This document shows, piece by piece, positions 51,068 through 63,751 of a DNA stretch of 64,000 nt. The translations under genes and the position numbers were made by a program. Each line of letters begins with the position of its first letter. Within the stretch, counting starts at the first letter, position 1. The stretch spans positions 310,001-374,000 of the forward strand of contig NW_019028979.1 of the NCBI RefSeq assembly GCF_002105155.1, given 5' to 3'. The stretch is from Lobosporangium transversale (lineage: Eukaryota). The notes under the pieces are model-generated. The model worked only from the letters and a program-made list of their open reading frames with translations, did not search any database and was not told where the DNA came from.

Positions 51068-52980
51068 TTTTTTTATTATTATTTAATGACAGTGTGGTAC
51101 AAATGCACAAAATGAAGTGTGTATGTGGAGGAGGGAGAGATAATGCAGATGAATGAAATGATGAGGATGTGTTCCTGAAAATTACTGTTACAACAGTTGG
51201 AACAAAAGAGGGAGACAGTTGGAGGAATTGATAGGTGGAAACGTGAGAACCAAAGATGGAAAAGGGAAGGAAGAAGAAAAAAGGAAGAAAAGAAGAGAAG
51301 AAAAGAAAGAGAGACCCAAGTGAAGAAGAAAGAGAGCGAAAAGGCCAGGAAGGAAAAAGGAAAAAGAGGAATAATAAGGAAAATGAGGCTAGAAAACCAT
51401 AAAAAGTAAAATAAGAAAAACTTTTTTGTTGGCTCTCAGCTTATTTATTCTTTTTACATTACAATAGTTCAGACTCTGTCTTTTTGGATCCGTGGAGTGA
51501 TCCTTTTCGTCTTTTTCCTTTTCCATGTCTACCTTTTCGTAAATCTCTATCGCTATTATTTCTTTACTTCCTTACTTCGGCATTCTCTTTATTCAGCAGC
51601 GTTAGTCTTTTCTTTTCTATTCACCTAATGTCAAGTACCATATGGCACCATGTGGCAGTGTGTGTGGCTGCTTATAGTAGGAACTATCCCGACCAAGAGG
51701 GCTTCGGCTAAAGTTTTTTTTTTTTTTTTTTTTTTTGCAAAGTTTGGAGGGAAAGGGCGAATAGTGTATGCATCAATGCAACAATAAATGACGATGATGT
51801 ACATGTTCTAGTTTGTATGTTTGCCGCGCTCCACATGGTAACCCTATAATATATTATTTATGGTTGAATACACTCTAATAAAGAAGTTTTTTTTTTTTTT
51901 TTTTTTTTTTTACATACGCCGCTTTAAAAAAAAAAAAAAAAAAAAAAAAGGCTCCAGTTTGAAAGGATATTCACATTACAACTCTCGTTCCAAACCTTTC
52001 CAAGAAAAACGTGGTCTTTGAAGTAATCAATAAATGACGTTCGCTCATCCAGAATTCTACCTGGTATCACGCCATAGTCATATAAATAAATACACATGTA
52101 TACACTTGTTACTGTTGCATACTATGCCTGTCCAAGCCCGCTCGAAACATGTGTTTCTTGTTCATTCGTTGTCAAGTCAAACGGTTGAAGATTGGAGATC
52201 GGATTAAAATAAAAAGGGTCTCAACTGGTTTGTGCCTTGATTTTTTTTTTTTTTTTTTTTGAATTTTGCTCAAATGTAATAGCAATATATACAATAAACA
52301 AACCATCGATATGATTTGCGTGCTATTTTTTATTACTATTGTTGTATGTTATTGAACCTCCCCTCCCCCCCCTTTTTTTTATATTTTCCTCTAGTGTAAT
52401 TTTTTTTTTTTGGTCAATAGCTGTATACAATGACGATATCTATCAACAATTGTATTTCGGCTGTTACAGAATGGGATAGATCAAAGTTTTCAGTAAATGT
52501 AGTTATTTCTTGGTATTGCCGAGTCTAGAGCCGATGGAGATGTTTCCTAAGCATAAAAGCCACGTTCTGTCGTCGCGTGGCTCAAAATGTACAAATATTA
52601 TACATACATTTAGTGGCAACATTTGTCACGATAAATGCATGTGTATATTGGAAGCACTCTAAATTGTACATTACTTTTAACGATCATTACTCGTCTATCC
52701 ACAAATACTGAGCTTAACTAAATCAAATAGAAATTTACTTGTATTTTTTATTTTTTTTATTTTTATGAGGCTAAATAACTATATACTTTAGTATGCTATG
52801 AGTGAAAACAGAATGGAGAAATGAAAAAAGACATAAATGAAACAAATAAAATAGGATCGATCATTGGTGGGGTACTCATTTGAGTTTTTCGTCCAGCATA
52901 TTGCTGCCGCCTGTGAGATTTTTGGTATTACTCCTGTTCGCCACCCCTTCTCTTACAGAGAATATGACTCTACCAGTACA

Positions 52981-54958
52981 TTAATTATTTCTTGTCCCGG
53001 AATGAGGTGGTGATGGTGATGGTGAGAATACTGCTGTTCCCACTGCAGCGTGCGATAGAGGTCTCGCGTCCTTCTCTTCGGGTTCATCATCATCCACATA
53101 TGGTTCCAACTCTATCTCTTGTCCTTGCTGCTCAAGTGCATTAGCGCTCATCAATGGTACTTGTTGTTGCTGCTGAACAGGTGCATATGGGTTATACGTC
53201 TTTTGCTGATAATGAGGGTTTTGATCATAAACGGTCGATTCACTTGCTCGAGGCAATGCAGAGAGATCTAGTTGGGTTTCATGGGTCCTAGCGCCTCCTC
53301 CAGTTCCTGGAGCCAATGTCATTCCTGAAAGTCGGCTTGCAGCAGTCTCTGCCGAAGGATGTGCGGCTTCGAGTTTGTGAGCAGCGGTAGAAGCCAAAAA
53401 TGGCTTGTTACTACGCTTTCTATTGATGCTGAATCCGCGCGCAGCGCCAGGTCCTGCCTTACTGATACGACTACCTCGTGTGTGTCTTCTCCATAATCGA
53501 GCAGCAACTGAGGCTAGTACAACGATGACAAGGAAGGCTCCGACAGACCCACTGATAATAGCGACAGCATGTCTTTGGAAATATGTTTGGACGATGGTCC
53601 CGAATTGCACGGCCCAAGAGGACGTCTCAAAGTCAAAGATCATGATATAGGCGTTTTGAGCCGCCTTGGTCTTGGACGTTTCAAATTCAAACCCAGAGAA
53701 AGACAATAACTTGTTTTGGTAGTTAATCAACGTGTGCATGGCACGGCCATTCAAAGAGTCAACTCCTTTTGTCCACTGCCAAGTACCCAAGTCGAGGATC
53801 CAAAGATCCTTGGCATAGGATTCTGTCGAGACTGTCTGGGTTGTGTTTCCTCCATGCATGTAGATCTTGTTACCGACTATTTAATAATAAAGACAAATGG
53901 GCGGTTGGACATTTGATCAATTCTCAAATATTTATATCTGTATTGTTTGTTAAGAAAAACAGAAACAATAGCACCGTTATCATCGTCAATGTTTTCACGT
54001 GCTTACCAGCAACAAGCGCGGCGAGGCGTCTAGGTAACGGAAAGTTTCCTCCAGCAGCAGTCTAATTTAGCAGCGCAGCAATGATAAATGTTATTTCATT
54101 AGTGTAAATCATGACCAAACACACAAATAAAGACATTATCTTCATTCTTTTTTTTTTTTTTTTTATAAAAAAAATTCCTTATTTTTACCAAGTTACGGAC
54201 ACTCCACTGGTTCGTTGCAATAGTGTAGACCCAGCACCGATCCATCTTATACCAACCAGACGCGGTATCGACATCATCTCCAGTCAATTTTGTTCCTGCA
54301 GGTTTTCCACCTCCAATGACCAGAATCGTTCCTTCGTGATAGATAGCAGAGCCTGCATCAATAAAAGGCGCCAAGACAACTGCTTGTGGAGGTGGTGCCG
54401 GGATAGTTGTGTTTGTATCGTTATTAGGTGGTGTTATAGGGGGTGGCGTCGTGATAATTGTTGTATTCTTTGCAGATTGTGCGATGTTGCCTGGAAGATG
54501 GTCTGTGGAGAATGACCATAACTGCATGCCCAGTTGTGGATTAAAGACATCATAGACGAATGTATAAACCATATGGTTCTTTGAGTCGACTACCTGGACA
54601 GGAACGGGTTGGTCATCCTTGACTTGACGTGGTCCGAGGATATCATTCGTGGTTGCAGATTGGGTCCAAGCATTGTTCTCCAACTGAAATTGGATAGAGG
54701 CAGAGCTGCGAGTAAAGGTATGTGGGCTGTTTGCATCCTTTGCCAGAAGATCAGGACACAAGGTCTGGCCATAAAACAGAAGAGATTTACCATCCGTTGA
54801 CCCAACAGCCCATGAGGTTGTACCCATTACAGGTGATGATGAGCCTCCCTTGATGTTATTCCATGGTGCATTTGCTGCCACCCACCCGTTTGCAGAGTCG
54901 AGATGAAGGCTGTAGAAGTCAGAATAACAATCTCCGCCTGTTCCTGAGCCTAACAAAG

Positions 54959-55010
<52 letters not shown>

Positions 55011-55220
55011 GATAACGCATGAAGGTTTAGTGAATGACACACTTTTACTTTTGAAGCTTTCTTGCTTTCGGGTCAAGCCATTTTTTACGTTACCTCCATA
55101 GAGAAAGACATCATCTCCGACAAGGGTAATGGCTCTGGTTGAGCGAGGCGGCACTGACTGAGGCTGAGCACAGGCTACGGCGATGATCAAGGATAGCACA
55201 GATGCGTACCAGACGACCAT
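52981..55220 (-). CDS. Signal-peptide, Kelch/galactose-oxidase-like repeat, single-pass membrane protein, multi-exon
   Basis: N-terminal signal peptide. Kelch-like units VFLYGG, ILVIGGG, MHGG...LWILDLGTWQW and LLSFSG. TM segment AIISGSVGAFLVIVVLASVAA followed by RLWRR. Confidence 0.78.
54961..55004. repeat. (AAT)n microsatellite inside the first intron of the Kelch-like gene
   Basis: AAT triplet run. The poly-Ile stretch in the ORF track comes from reading through this intron. Confidence 0.9.
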
Positions 55221-56414
55221 GGCTTATGGATTATCTTTGATGGTATAATTGCAAGAGTTGTTTATGAGCAGCAAAAGAAGGATCTGCAATTTTTTTTATG
55301 GTTCCAATGCTTCTTTGCGTCGTGCTGCACAGATCTTGTGATTGAAAATTTCTTTCCGTTGTCGTATTTGGACCAAGCAAACAACGAAACAAGTGGAATG
55401 AGAAAAAAGAATCTGATTGTTGAAGCGAATTAGAAAAAAAAAAAAAAAAAAAAAAGTGGAAAAAAAAAAAAAAAAAGAAAAAGAAAAAAGAGGAGCGAAT
55501 GGATGGTGGGAGAAAGAGAGAGAAAATATGTGTAGATAGGGATTGATCTTTTTTAGTGTGGAATCGGATTACTACTTTTTTCAACTTGGGAGTGATCTCC
55601 TCCCCACTGTTTTGCATGCATTAATGACACTGCACTGAAGGCCCATGCCACTTTGCGTTTTTAGTTTGCCCTTCTCTCAAAATACAGCCTAGTGTAATTG
55701 TTATTCTCATTCATCATCAATTCTTCTTTGGGGCGGTGCAACAACAAGAAGGACATGGTAGCCCTGTCTTCTTTGTCTCTTCGTGTTTTGCCACTAAACC
55801 ACAATAGGATCATGTTTACTATTGTATATACCATCCTGTATCCCATGTCTGATGGGCAAAAAAAAAAAAAAAAAAAAAAGAATAATCTTTTTGTCATGGG
55901 CAAAAAATACCTCTTTTCCTTCTCTTCTTCTCAATCTCAGCCCTCTCTCTAAGAACTTGTCATCTGTAAACAGTATGGCAGTCTGTGAATAAGGAGGATG
56001 GAGTTTGCTAGTCTGGCAAATAATGATTAGACATATTCATCCAAACGCTCTTTTTTTTTTTTTTATAGCTAAAACCACTCTTTCCTTTTCTGGTACCTCA
56101 TCGCCACCTTTTGCCATTTGTTGAAACAAAGACACAAGTGCACAGCAGCTATTTTTATTCAATAGAGGACAGTAGTAGTCATGAAAGCACGAGATCTCCA
56201 GATAGGAAAATTTAAAAAAAGTTCACGGAGATATTTGTGTATTACATGTGTCAGGAGAAACTAGACAAGTTTAAATTCGTGAAATGCTGGATGGAAAAAA
56301 ATAAGGAGTGAACATCTATTTTCCTGAATGTCTTCTACTTCCTTCACAGCATGAACACGAATGGATGTAGTAAGCAACGCAGCCTAGCTCTATCTGTTTA
56401 CAAAAATAAGCTCT

Positions 56415-57153
56415 TCAAGTCTTCTTGTCTTCTTTCATGATTTTTTGTACTTCATCATCTGCATAATCCATAATGGCACGATCTTGCTCTGGTGTGTTTC
56501 CTTCTCTGGCATATCCTTTCTCCTGTAGGATATCCTATGAACCAACAGATACGAATAACGCGCAAGAAAGAGAAAAATAAAATGTTTAGTTAAATCACTT
56601 TCTTTCTTTCTTTCTTTCTTTCTTCCTTTCTTCCTTTATACTCGCTCTTATTCTCTTTTACCTTGTTGAGTCGACAGCAAAGTTGAAGCGTTTCTTTTGC
56701 TTTCATACACATGGATGCTCGATCCCACCATGTGCCAGATCGACCCATCAAACAATCTGTGAGTTCCATATTTATATCCGCACAGTTATCAAGTGCCGCT
56801 GCATGTATCGCCTTCCTTTGATGAATCGTATGTTCAAGCAGTGAGGGTTCAGTTGATATCTTTGATCCAAGCATTTTTTGTTTTGATGATGTAGATGAAG
56901 AGGAAGATGAAGAAGAAGCTGCTGCTGTTGTTGTTGATGATGGTGTATAAGATTCTTGTTGATTTGCAGGTGCATCATTGGTATCCGTGCTTCTTGTTGA
57001 GGCTGAAGCAGTTTTATGGCTGTTCGGGTCAAAAGTCGGCTGATTCTTTTTCAGGAACGAATCCAGATCTTGTGACTGACTGAGGTCTGACATGTATTCT
57101 GACATGAACCCAGTTGGTTTCTCTGACGATGTTGATCCCTTTGTTGATGTCAT
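56415..57153 (-). CDS. Small twin-CX9C protein (probable mitochondrial intermembrane-space protein), 2 exons (57153-56662, 56534-56415)
   Basis: C-ADINMELTD-C and C-MKAKETLQL-C motifs. The spliced C-terminus reads DILQEKGYAREGNTPEQDRAIMDYADDEVQKIMKEDKKT*. Confidence 0.65.
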
Positions 57154-57197
<44 letters not shown>

Positions 57198-57566
57198 AAG
57201 TTTTTCTTCAACTCTTCTTTTCTGATTCAATGAACTTTCCTGCCAGTCCTGGGAATTGCGTTGGGAGTGAAACAGGAAAAAACAAAAAGTTGCTCCCCCA
57301 CGTTCGTTCTCTCAGTCTCACGCTCTTCCCTGTGGCTTTTCTACTTTCTTGCTCGCAGAATACGCGCATTGACGCGTCTTGAACTTTATACTTTTTTTTT
57401 TTTTTTTTTTTTTTTTAATACGGATGGCCCTTTATAGATTCAACTCCGAGATGCTTCAACGGTTATTTTTTTTATTACACGTATTAAAAAAGAAAAGCTA
57501 TTATATTTTTTCCTGCTTGCTATAAAATAAAGATATTGACACTTTTTCTGTTTTTTCCTCCCCCTA

Positions 57567-58991
57567 TTATTCCTTGGCCAACTGCTCCCATTGGTTAGCT
57601 TGGAGAGGTGTCATTTCCTGAGGACCCTGTTGAGTGGGCATGAAGATCACTCTGGTATTCGATCCCTTTGCCATATTAGTCATGGTTTCCAAATATCGGA
57701 TTTGCATTGCTGCAGGTGTATTTAGGATATCAGCGGCAGCTCGCATCAACTTTGCAGAATCCACTTCGGCTTGTGCTCCAATCACCTTGGATTCTGCCAT
57801 TCGTTTCGCCTGTGCAGCCGACGAAAGAGCTTCCTGCAATTCCCTTGAGAATGTAATATCTTTAATCAACACCGACTCCACCTTCACACCCCAGACTCGT
57901 GCAGGTGTATCGATCACCTCTTGGATCTCTTCACCGATTGCCTCACGGTTCTCGATCAACTCTTGAAGTACACGCATACCCAAGATATGTCGTAGCGTCG
58001 TCTGCGTTCTATTAGATGAAATATATTGTATAACGGTTAGTTTTACTAGTCGCTAAATTTTATATTACTTGTACCTCGCGTTTTATTGTCGTCGTTCTTA
58101 AATATATCTTACCTTTCAATCAGTGCAGATTCAACGTTGGTGACTCCAAAGACCGATTGCGAAGGATTGATGACATGCCAGTACAGGACTGAATCAATGT
58201 GAACATTGACATTATCCTTTGTCATGATCACCTGTCGCGGGATGTCTGCAATCTGGATCTTGATATCAACCTTGATGAGCTTTTCAGTAACTGGGTTAAT
58301 CTTTGTCAAGCCAGGATCTTTTAAAGTAGCAATAAGGAGCGGAAAATAATAATAATAATAATAAATATAGAGTTAAAATTAATTTTTCAATGAATCAAAG
58401 GCCAGGCGATAGCCAAGTAGTATAAAATATAAATGTTCAAGAAGTGAAAAGACATACCAACGATCTTGTAAAACTTTCCAAAGCGTGTAACCAATCCAAC
58501 ATATCCTTGAGAAACCGTCTATTGTTCATGATAAAAGATAAATATTTGTTTTATTTTTCCTCCCATGCTATTATGTTATTTATTTCATCGGATTAAATTG
58601 GGTTACCTTATAAGGGTTAGGACAGCAGACAATACATGGAACAGATCCCAACATTCCCATGATTTCACCCGCTGTGTTCATAAGACTTCCATAGATACCA
58701 TGGTTCTCATCATCAGGTGAGAATTCTAAATTTCATAAAACAAAAAAAAAAAAAAAAAAAAAAAAGAAAGAAAAAAGAGTATTAGGCAAGAATTGAATGA
58801 CCTTCGATTTTTTTTTTTTTTTCTTTTTTATAAATAAATAAATAAAAAAAAAAATAAAAAAAAAAAAAAGGCAAAGAACGTAAGAGAGAGCATTGCCTAG
58901 AGTTATTACCTGTTGCAAAGGACTGTTGCATGGAATGCTGACCAGGCTGTTGTGTGATAAGGTCTGCATTTGAAGTTGAAGTACCAGACAT
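57567..58991 (-). CDS. Stomatin/SPFH (band 7) family protein, multi-exon
   Basis: MTKDNVNVHIDSVLYW, LQELIENREAI, WGVKVESVLIKDI, LSSAAQAKRMAESKVIGAQAE, AMQIRYLETM. Confidence 0.92.
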
Positions 58992-59608
58992 CTTTTTTTT
59001 TTTTTTTTTTTTTTTTTAATTATTATTTCTTTTTTGTGGAGAACTGAAAGTCAAGAGTGTATGGAGGAGAAAGAATAAGTAAGGTGGAATGAAAAAGTGA
59101 TGAGATTAGAACACGTTGGAGAATGACAATGAGCAATACGGGTAAAGAGTAAGAGAAGTGGAAATATGGGTGGAGTATGAGGAGCTAGGGGTAAAATGGA
59201 AAGAGTAAAAGAGGAGAAAGTTATCTTTTTATCTTCTTGGTCGTCGTTTGCATTTGGGGCCAAAGTCGAAAAACTGGTTGCTTTTTTTTGAAATCTGGAA
59301 CTTTAACGCCCTCAAGGTTATTATTTCCTCCATAGTGTGTACTGTACATACATGTGCATCAAGCACATCGCTTCGCCTCACTTTTAAAAAAAGAAAATCG
59401 ACTATTCCATGGAAACCGGGGTGAGCACCGCCCCCATTTTCTTTTCAGAATCTTCCTACCCCTTGTCGACTTTTTTAGAGCAATGACAAAGTGAAGTGCT
59501 AATGCAATATCAAAAAAAAAACGATGTTGTGAGCCATGTAAGTCTCCATCGTGTATCTAGAATTCAGCCATGGCTCCTCTTTTTTAACTTTTGGGCTGTT
59601 GTCACATA

Positions 59609-61026
59609 CAGTCGACTCTGTCTAAGTGCAACGATTTCTGTGGTCCCGAGGCTGGGACTTATTGCAACTTGCAAGTGCAAAATCTGTCTAAGTCCTGAGT
59701 GCAACGACCCCTTCCGCCCACATTTAGGGTTTACCATATAATTTTTGCACTTACAGAGAGAAGACAATACATATATTATACATTATGTATTAATTGAATA
59801 CGATCAAGGGCGAGGAAAAAAAAATGTCAAGTGTGAACTGTTGAAGGCACTTCTGTAAATCCCTTGCAGACTGCAATGCTTTTTTTGTCATCGAGCAGAG
59901 TCCATTTGTGCCGTGATCCTGGAATTGCTAGAGCAGCGCATCATCGATAGTCAATTTTTTGGATTGACTGAGCAACCTGAATACTGAAGACTTTGATACT
60001 CGAACGTTTTCGGTCTCACAGATTTGATCACATGATTGCTGCAAATTCATAATAGGATTTTCTTGGGTGAATCTATTTGACAACCCGGGTTGTCACTCTT
60101 ATTTGACAACCCCCCCTAATTTAGCAGTCACACCGGCTTATTTGGCAACCCAGGTCTTCAATTTTCACTTTTTTGTTATTTGACAACCCGGGTTGTCAAA
60201 AAAAGAAGAAAAATTGTCTTTTTCAACCTGTCACATGACAAGTCTTCACCCTCTTGTACTTATGGAGGGCCTTTCTCAGCTGGATTTCTAAAATGGTGGC
60301 AACACTCCATTATCATGACTGTGGTTATAGCTTCTTCTGTCTCTCTTTTTTTTCCTTTCCGCGTCTTACGCATGCGCCATCAAGCGTCGCATAACCACTC
60401 CGAATTTATGCATGCTTATATATCCAAAAAAACCCCTTAGTGCATGTTACCCGTATAGGCACATTTTCTATAAAAGCAAACCCTTGTTTTAGAAATCAGT
60501 TGTAATAAAAAAACAACACCTCGTAACCAAAAAAAAAAAGTTTGTTATTTGATGGAAGCTTTTAGATTGCTGGAGGGATTTCGTGTTGCTGAGGGATAGC
60601 AATAGAAACGATTTTCACATAATAATCTTGCCAATAAAAAAAGGGTTGTCAAATAATAGTGAGCTTGGGGTTGTCAAATTAGATATTTTACTATTTGGCA
60701 ACCCGGGTTGTCACGCAAAGAAAAAAAATTGAGAAAAATAATTAAGGGGGGGGGTTGTCAAATAAGAGTGACAACCCGGGTTGTCAAATAGATTAATTCG
60801 GCTGGGAACGAGCCTAGCAAACATTAATGATTTGTGCCTTTGTCAAAGCGGCTAGGGTTCTGGGGGCTTGTGAAGCATTGTTGCTTCATGAATACGAGAT
60901 GTGTCTTTAATGATATGCCCCATACAACTCACTTCACGTGATTCTTCATAAGTGCAACCACTGTCTAAGTGCAACGCAAAAGGACCGCCCAAAACGTTAC
61001 ACTTAGAAATTAGAAAGAGTCGACTG
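59609..61026. mobile_element. Non-autonomous Tc1/mariner-pogo-like DNA transposon (~1.4 kb) with TA target duplication
   Basis: Left TA|CAGTCGACTCTGTCTAAGTGCAACG; right (reverse complement) TA|CAGTCGACTCTTTCTAATTTCTAAGTGTAACG. Subterminal copies of TAAGTGCAAC. No transposase ORF. Confidence 0.8.
60070..60794. mobile_element. Nested element with 47-bp perfect terminal inverted repeats and multiple TGACAACCCGGGTTGTCA palindromes
   Basis: 60070-60116 is the exact reverse complement of 60748-60794. The palindrome occurs at 60078, 60181, 60696 (one mismatch) and 60769, plus several half-sites. Confidence 0.8.
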
Positions 61027-61054
61027 TATTCAACTTTTTATACGAAGAGCAGTT

Positions 61055-61097
<43 letters not shown>

Positions 61098-61140
61098 ATA
61101 AAAAAAATAAGAAAAAAAAAAAGGTGAGAGTGAATGCACT

Positions 61141-63180
61141 TTATTTATGTGACACTTTTGAAGGCGATGGCGACGTTGACGATAGGATGATATCTTTGTA
61201 GAGAGGCTTTGACCAAGAAAGCATATCCATATAATCACAGTGGGGAGCTGTATGGGTTTCATCATCACCTTCATCCTCTACACTTCTCCATCCACTACTA
61301 GCATCTGGAGCCCGGTATAGATATTCTGGTTCCGTACTGGTATTCCTATCAGGAACCTTAGAAATAGCCATGGCAGGTGCCTTCTTTGTCATATCCCTCT
61401 CATCTTCGTCCCTGTTCTGGTCCTGGATTTCTATCCTTGCGTCTCCTGCCTCCTGTGTATCATCTTTACAGGCCTCATTATTATCTTTCTGTTTACCCAT
61501 GTTGAGATAAGGCCCCGGTAGCCTCTTGATGACTTTGCCTTCAAAACAAAGTACCGGTCGACTCACCCATTCATTTTCTCCTTGTCCCTTGCTATCGTTA
61601 GCAACCCACCTTGTTCCGACCTGCACTCCATGCATTACCTTCTCCGCCGCTCGGTTCCACATCAACTTTAAACACTCCATCTTCTCTGTATCAATCACTA
61701 CCAATCCCATGGGCCAGAGTGATTTCGCATAGGGCAGCAAGGCTTGCCTCGTAAAATCAGTCGATACCGCCAAGATTGCCATCGTCGGCTGGGTCTCATA
61801 CGATAAGGTCCCTTGTAGTTCCCGAACAAACTTGGGTCCAACCTTGGAACTCACCATCTTGCATTGAACAATCACCTTCAGATGGCGAACCAGATCTCCT
61901 GGTTCAGGCGATGCACTTAAGGGCAAAAACCAAGTGCCTCTCAGGTCCACTCCCAGATCATTATTGCCTGCAGATCGTTGTGTATAAATCCCAAGGTATT
62001 TTCTCAGGACCTCTTGGGTCTGATACTCAAATAATGTTCCACGATAGATCGTGCTTCCTGTGTTGTGGTTAAGGCCTTCAAAACTTGTAAGGTCATTATG
62101 TGAGCCGCTGCCACCGCTTCTATTCTCTTGATCATTTCTGTTCTGAGCACGGCATTGTTGTACATCGCGATTGATGTAGGGCATAGAGGAGTGGATGTCT
62201 CTTGGAAAAGGTGCGGGCTCAAGCTCTGGGGACTCTGTCCCATTGCTGATAGAGGCGTAACTTTGATAGGTCATAGGCAATGAAGTGTCGATGGTTTGTA
62301 GTCCCGACAGAACCAATGACGTTGGAAAGTAGTCTCTTTCATCCAACCTCTTCTTGGTTCTTCGCCTTCTCAGTATGGGTTCTGACGGTAACAGCGATGT
62401 AGCTGCTACTGCTGACAATGGTATCGACGCTTGTTTTTTAGAAGCAGTTTTATTCGTCTGTGTGGCACTCAGGGTTGTTTTCTTTTGTTTATCCGATGGT
62501 TCTGCCGTCGATACGGAGGCATTTAGATTTCCCTCTTCTAGTAATCTCGAGCTTGTTTTCGTCTTTCTAGCTCTTGTTTTCCTCGACAGTGACGGTGATG
62601 GCGACGATGCTGTTGTTGCCGCTGCTGGAGTTGCTAACTCTACAGATGTATTGTTATCACTGCTCACCAGAGTATCTCCCTCCTCTTCTGTTATTTTTGA
62701 CTTTGTCTTCCTGGGTTGCTTTGGCTTTTTAGGACCCGGCGATCCTTCTTCCATAAGCATAGCGGTGCCACTCTCATCTTTGACCTTTTTATTTCGCGTT
62801 ACCGCCTTCTTTTTTCTCTTTGGCTGTTGTTCTAAAAACGGCGTTGCTTCCTCTTCTGCTTCCGTTTCAACTATGGACTCTATTGCTGATATAGGTGTCA
62901 CTAACGGTGTCGGTGATGGTGATGATGATGATGATGATGATGATGACAGCGGTGGTGACGCGTAGATAATTGTAGATAGTTCAAAGTCAACAACGGTAGG
63001 AGCAGAATGTACAGTAGGGGTGTCAGTAGCAATGGAGGAGCGGAATCGGACCTTGTTGTTATTGGATTTCATATAGTAGCTACAGCTACATGGTAGTCTT
63101 AGTCTTTCTGCTCCTCTTGCTCCTGCAAGCTGTTTGCTAGTGATTATTGCTGTTGCTTTCCTGAATGTAGTCTTGATCAT
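61141..63180 (-). CDS. RRG7-like (DUF2034) PD-(D/E)xK restriction-endonuclease-fold protein with a long low-complexity N-terminus, probably mitochondrial
   Basis: GTLFEY...RSAGNNDLGVDLRGTW...IVQCK...KVGPKFVRELQGT pattern, a basic presequence-like N-terminus, and an intronless 679-aa ORF. Confidence 0.72.
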   Translation of the reverse strand: MIKTTFRKATAIITSKQLAGARGAERLRLPCSCSYYMKSNNNKVRFRSSIATDTPTVHSAPTVVDFELSTIIYASPPLSSSSSSSSSPSPTPLVTPISAIESIVETEAEEEATPFLEQQPKRKKKAVTRNKKVKDESGTAMLMEEGSPGPKKPKQPRKTKSKITEEEGDTLVSSDNNTSVELATPAAATTASSPSPSLSRKTRARKTKTSSRLLEEGNLNASVSTAEPSDKQKKTTLSATQTNKTASKKQASIPLSAVAATSLLPSEPILRRRRTKKRLDERDYFPTSLVLSGLQTIDTSLPMTYQSYASISNGTESPELEPAPFPRDIHSSMPYINRDVQQCRAQNRNDQENRSGGSGSHNDLTSFEGLNHNTGSTIYRGTLFEYQTQEVLRKYLGIYTQRSAGNNDLGVDLRGTWFLPLSASPEPGDLVRHLKVIVQCKMVSSKVGPKFVRELQGTLSYETQPTMAILAVSTDFTRQALLPYAKSLWPMGLVVIDTEKMECLKLMWNRAAEKVMHGVQVGTRWVANDSKGQGENEWVSRPVLCFEGKVIKRLPGPYLNMGKQKDNNEACKDDTQEAGDARIEIQDQNRDEDERDMTKKAPAMAISKVPDRNTSTEPEYLYRAPDASSGWRSVEDEGDDETHTAPHCDYMDMLSWSKPLYKDIILSSTSPSPSKVSHK

Positions 63181-63751
63181 CCTTTGTGAATGAGAACAAG
63201 TTCAGGAACGATAGTTATAGACGTTTATACATATTTTAAGCGCACCTTTCCTTTGGGACAATAATAAGCTCCGAGTAATACAACGCACGCAGGTGGTGGC
63301 TTTGCCCATTGTGTCCTACCTGATTCTACTGCCATTGTGGGGGGACAGTATTAATAAAGAGAAGACAAGACAAGTGGGGACTAGCGAAGAGCCCTTATTA
63401 TGCAGATAATAAGGAAAGGAAAGAAGAGAAGGAAGGAAGGATGGAGATAAAGTGTGTTCTTTGGATAGTTAAATATGGACAAAGCATTGCAAAAGCAGTT
63501 TGATCAAAAGATGGGCTTAGTTTGCATCGTTATCAGTTATTGAAATGCCATCCATCGTCCCTCAAGTGCATGGCTGAGTTTTAAAATTTACATGTTTCTT
63601 TAAGTAGCATTTATATATTTATGACACATTGAATGTGTGTATTCTCAGTTACCATTGCTTCTTCAACTCAATTCTTTCCTTCCCATTCCTTCTTTTTGTC
63701 TCTTTTTTTTTTTTTTTTTTTTTTTTTAATCTAGTGTAATAATTCATCACC

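Noticed and set aside
60070..60794. Repeated palindromes as a CRISPR array
   Set aside because: Spacing is irregular and the arrangement is mirror-symmetric, which fits transposon termini rather than a repeat-spacer array.
62354..62965. 203-aa plus-strand ORF
   Set aside because: Antisense shadow of the low-complexity region of the RRG7-like gene.
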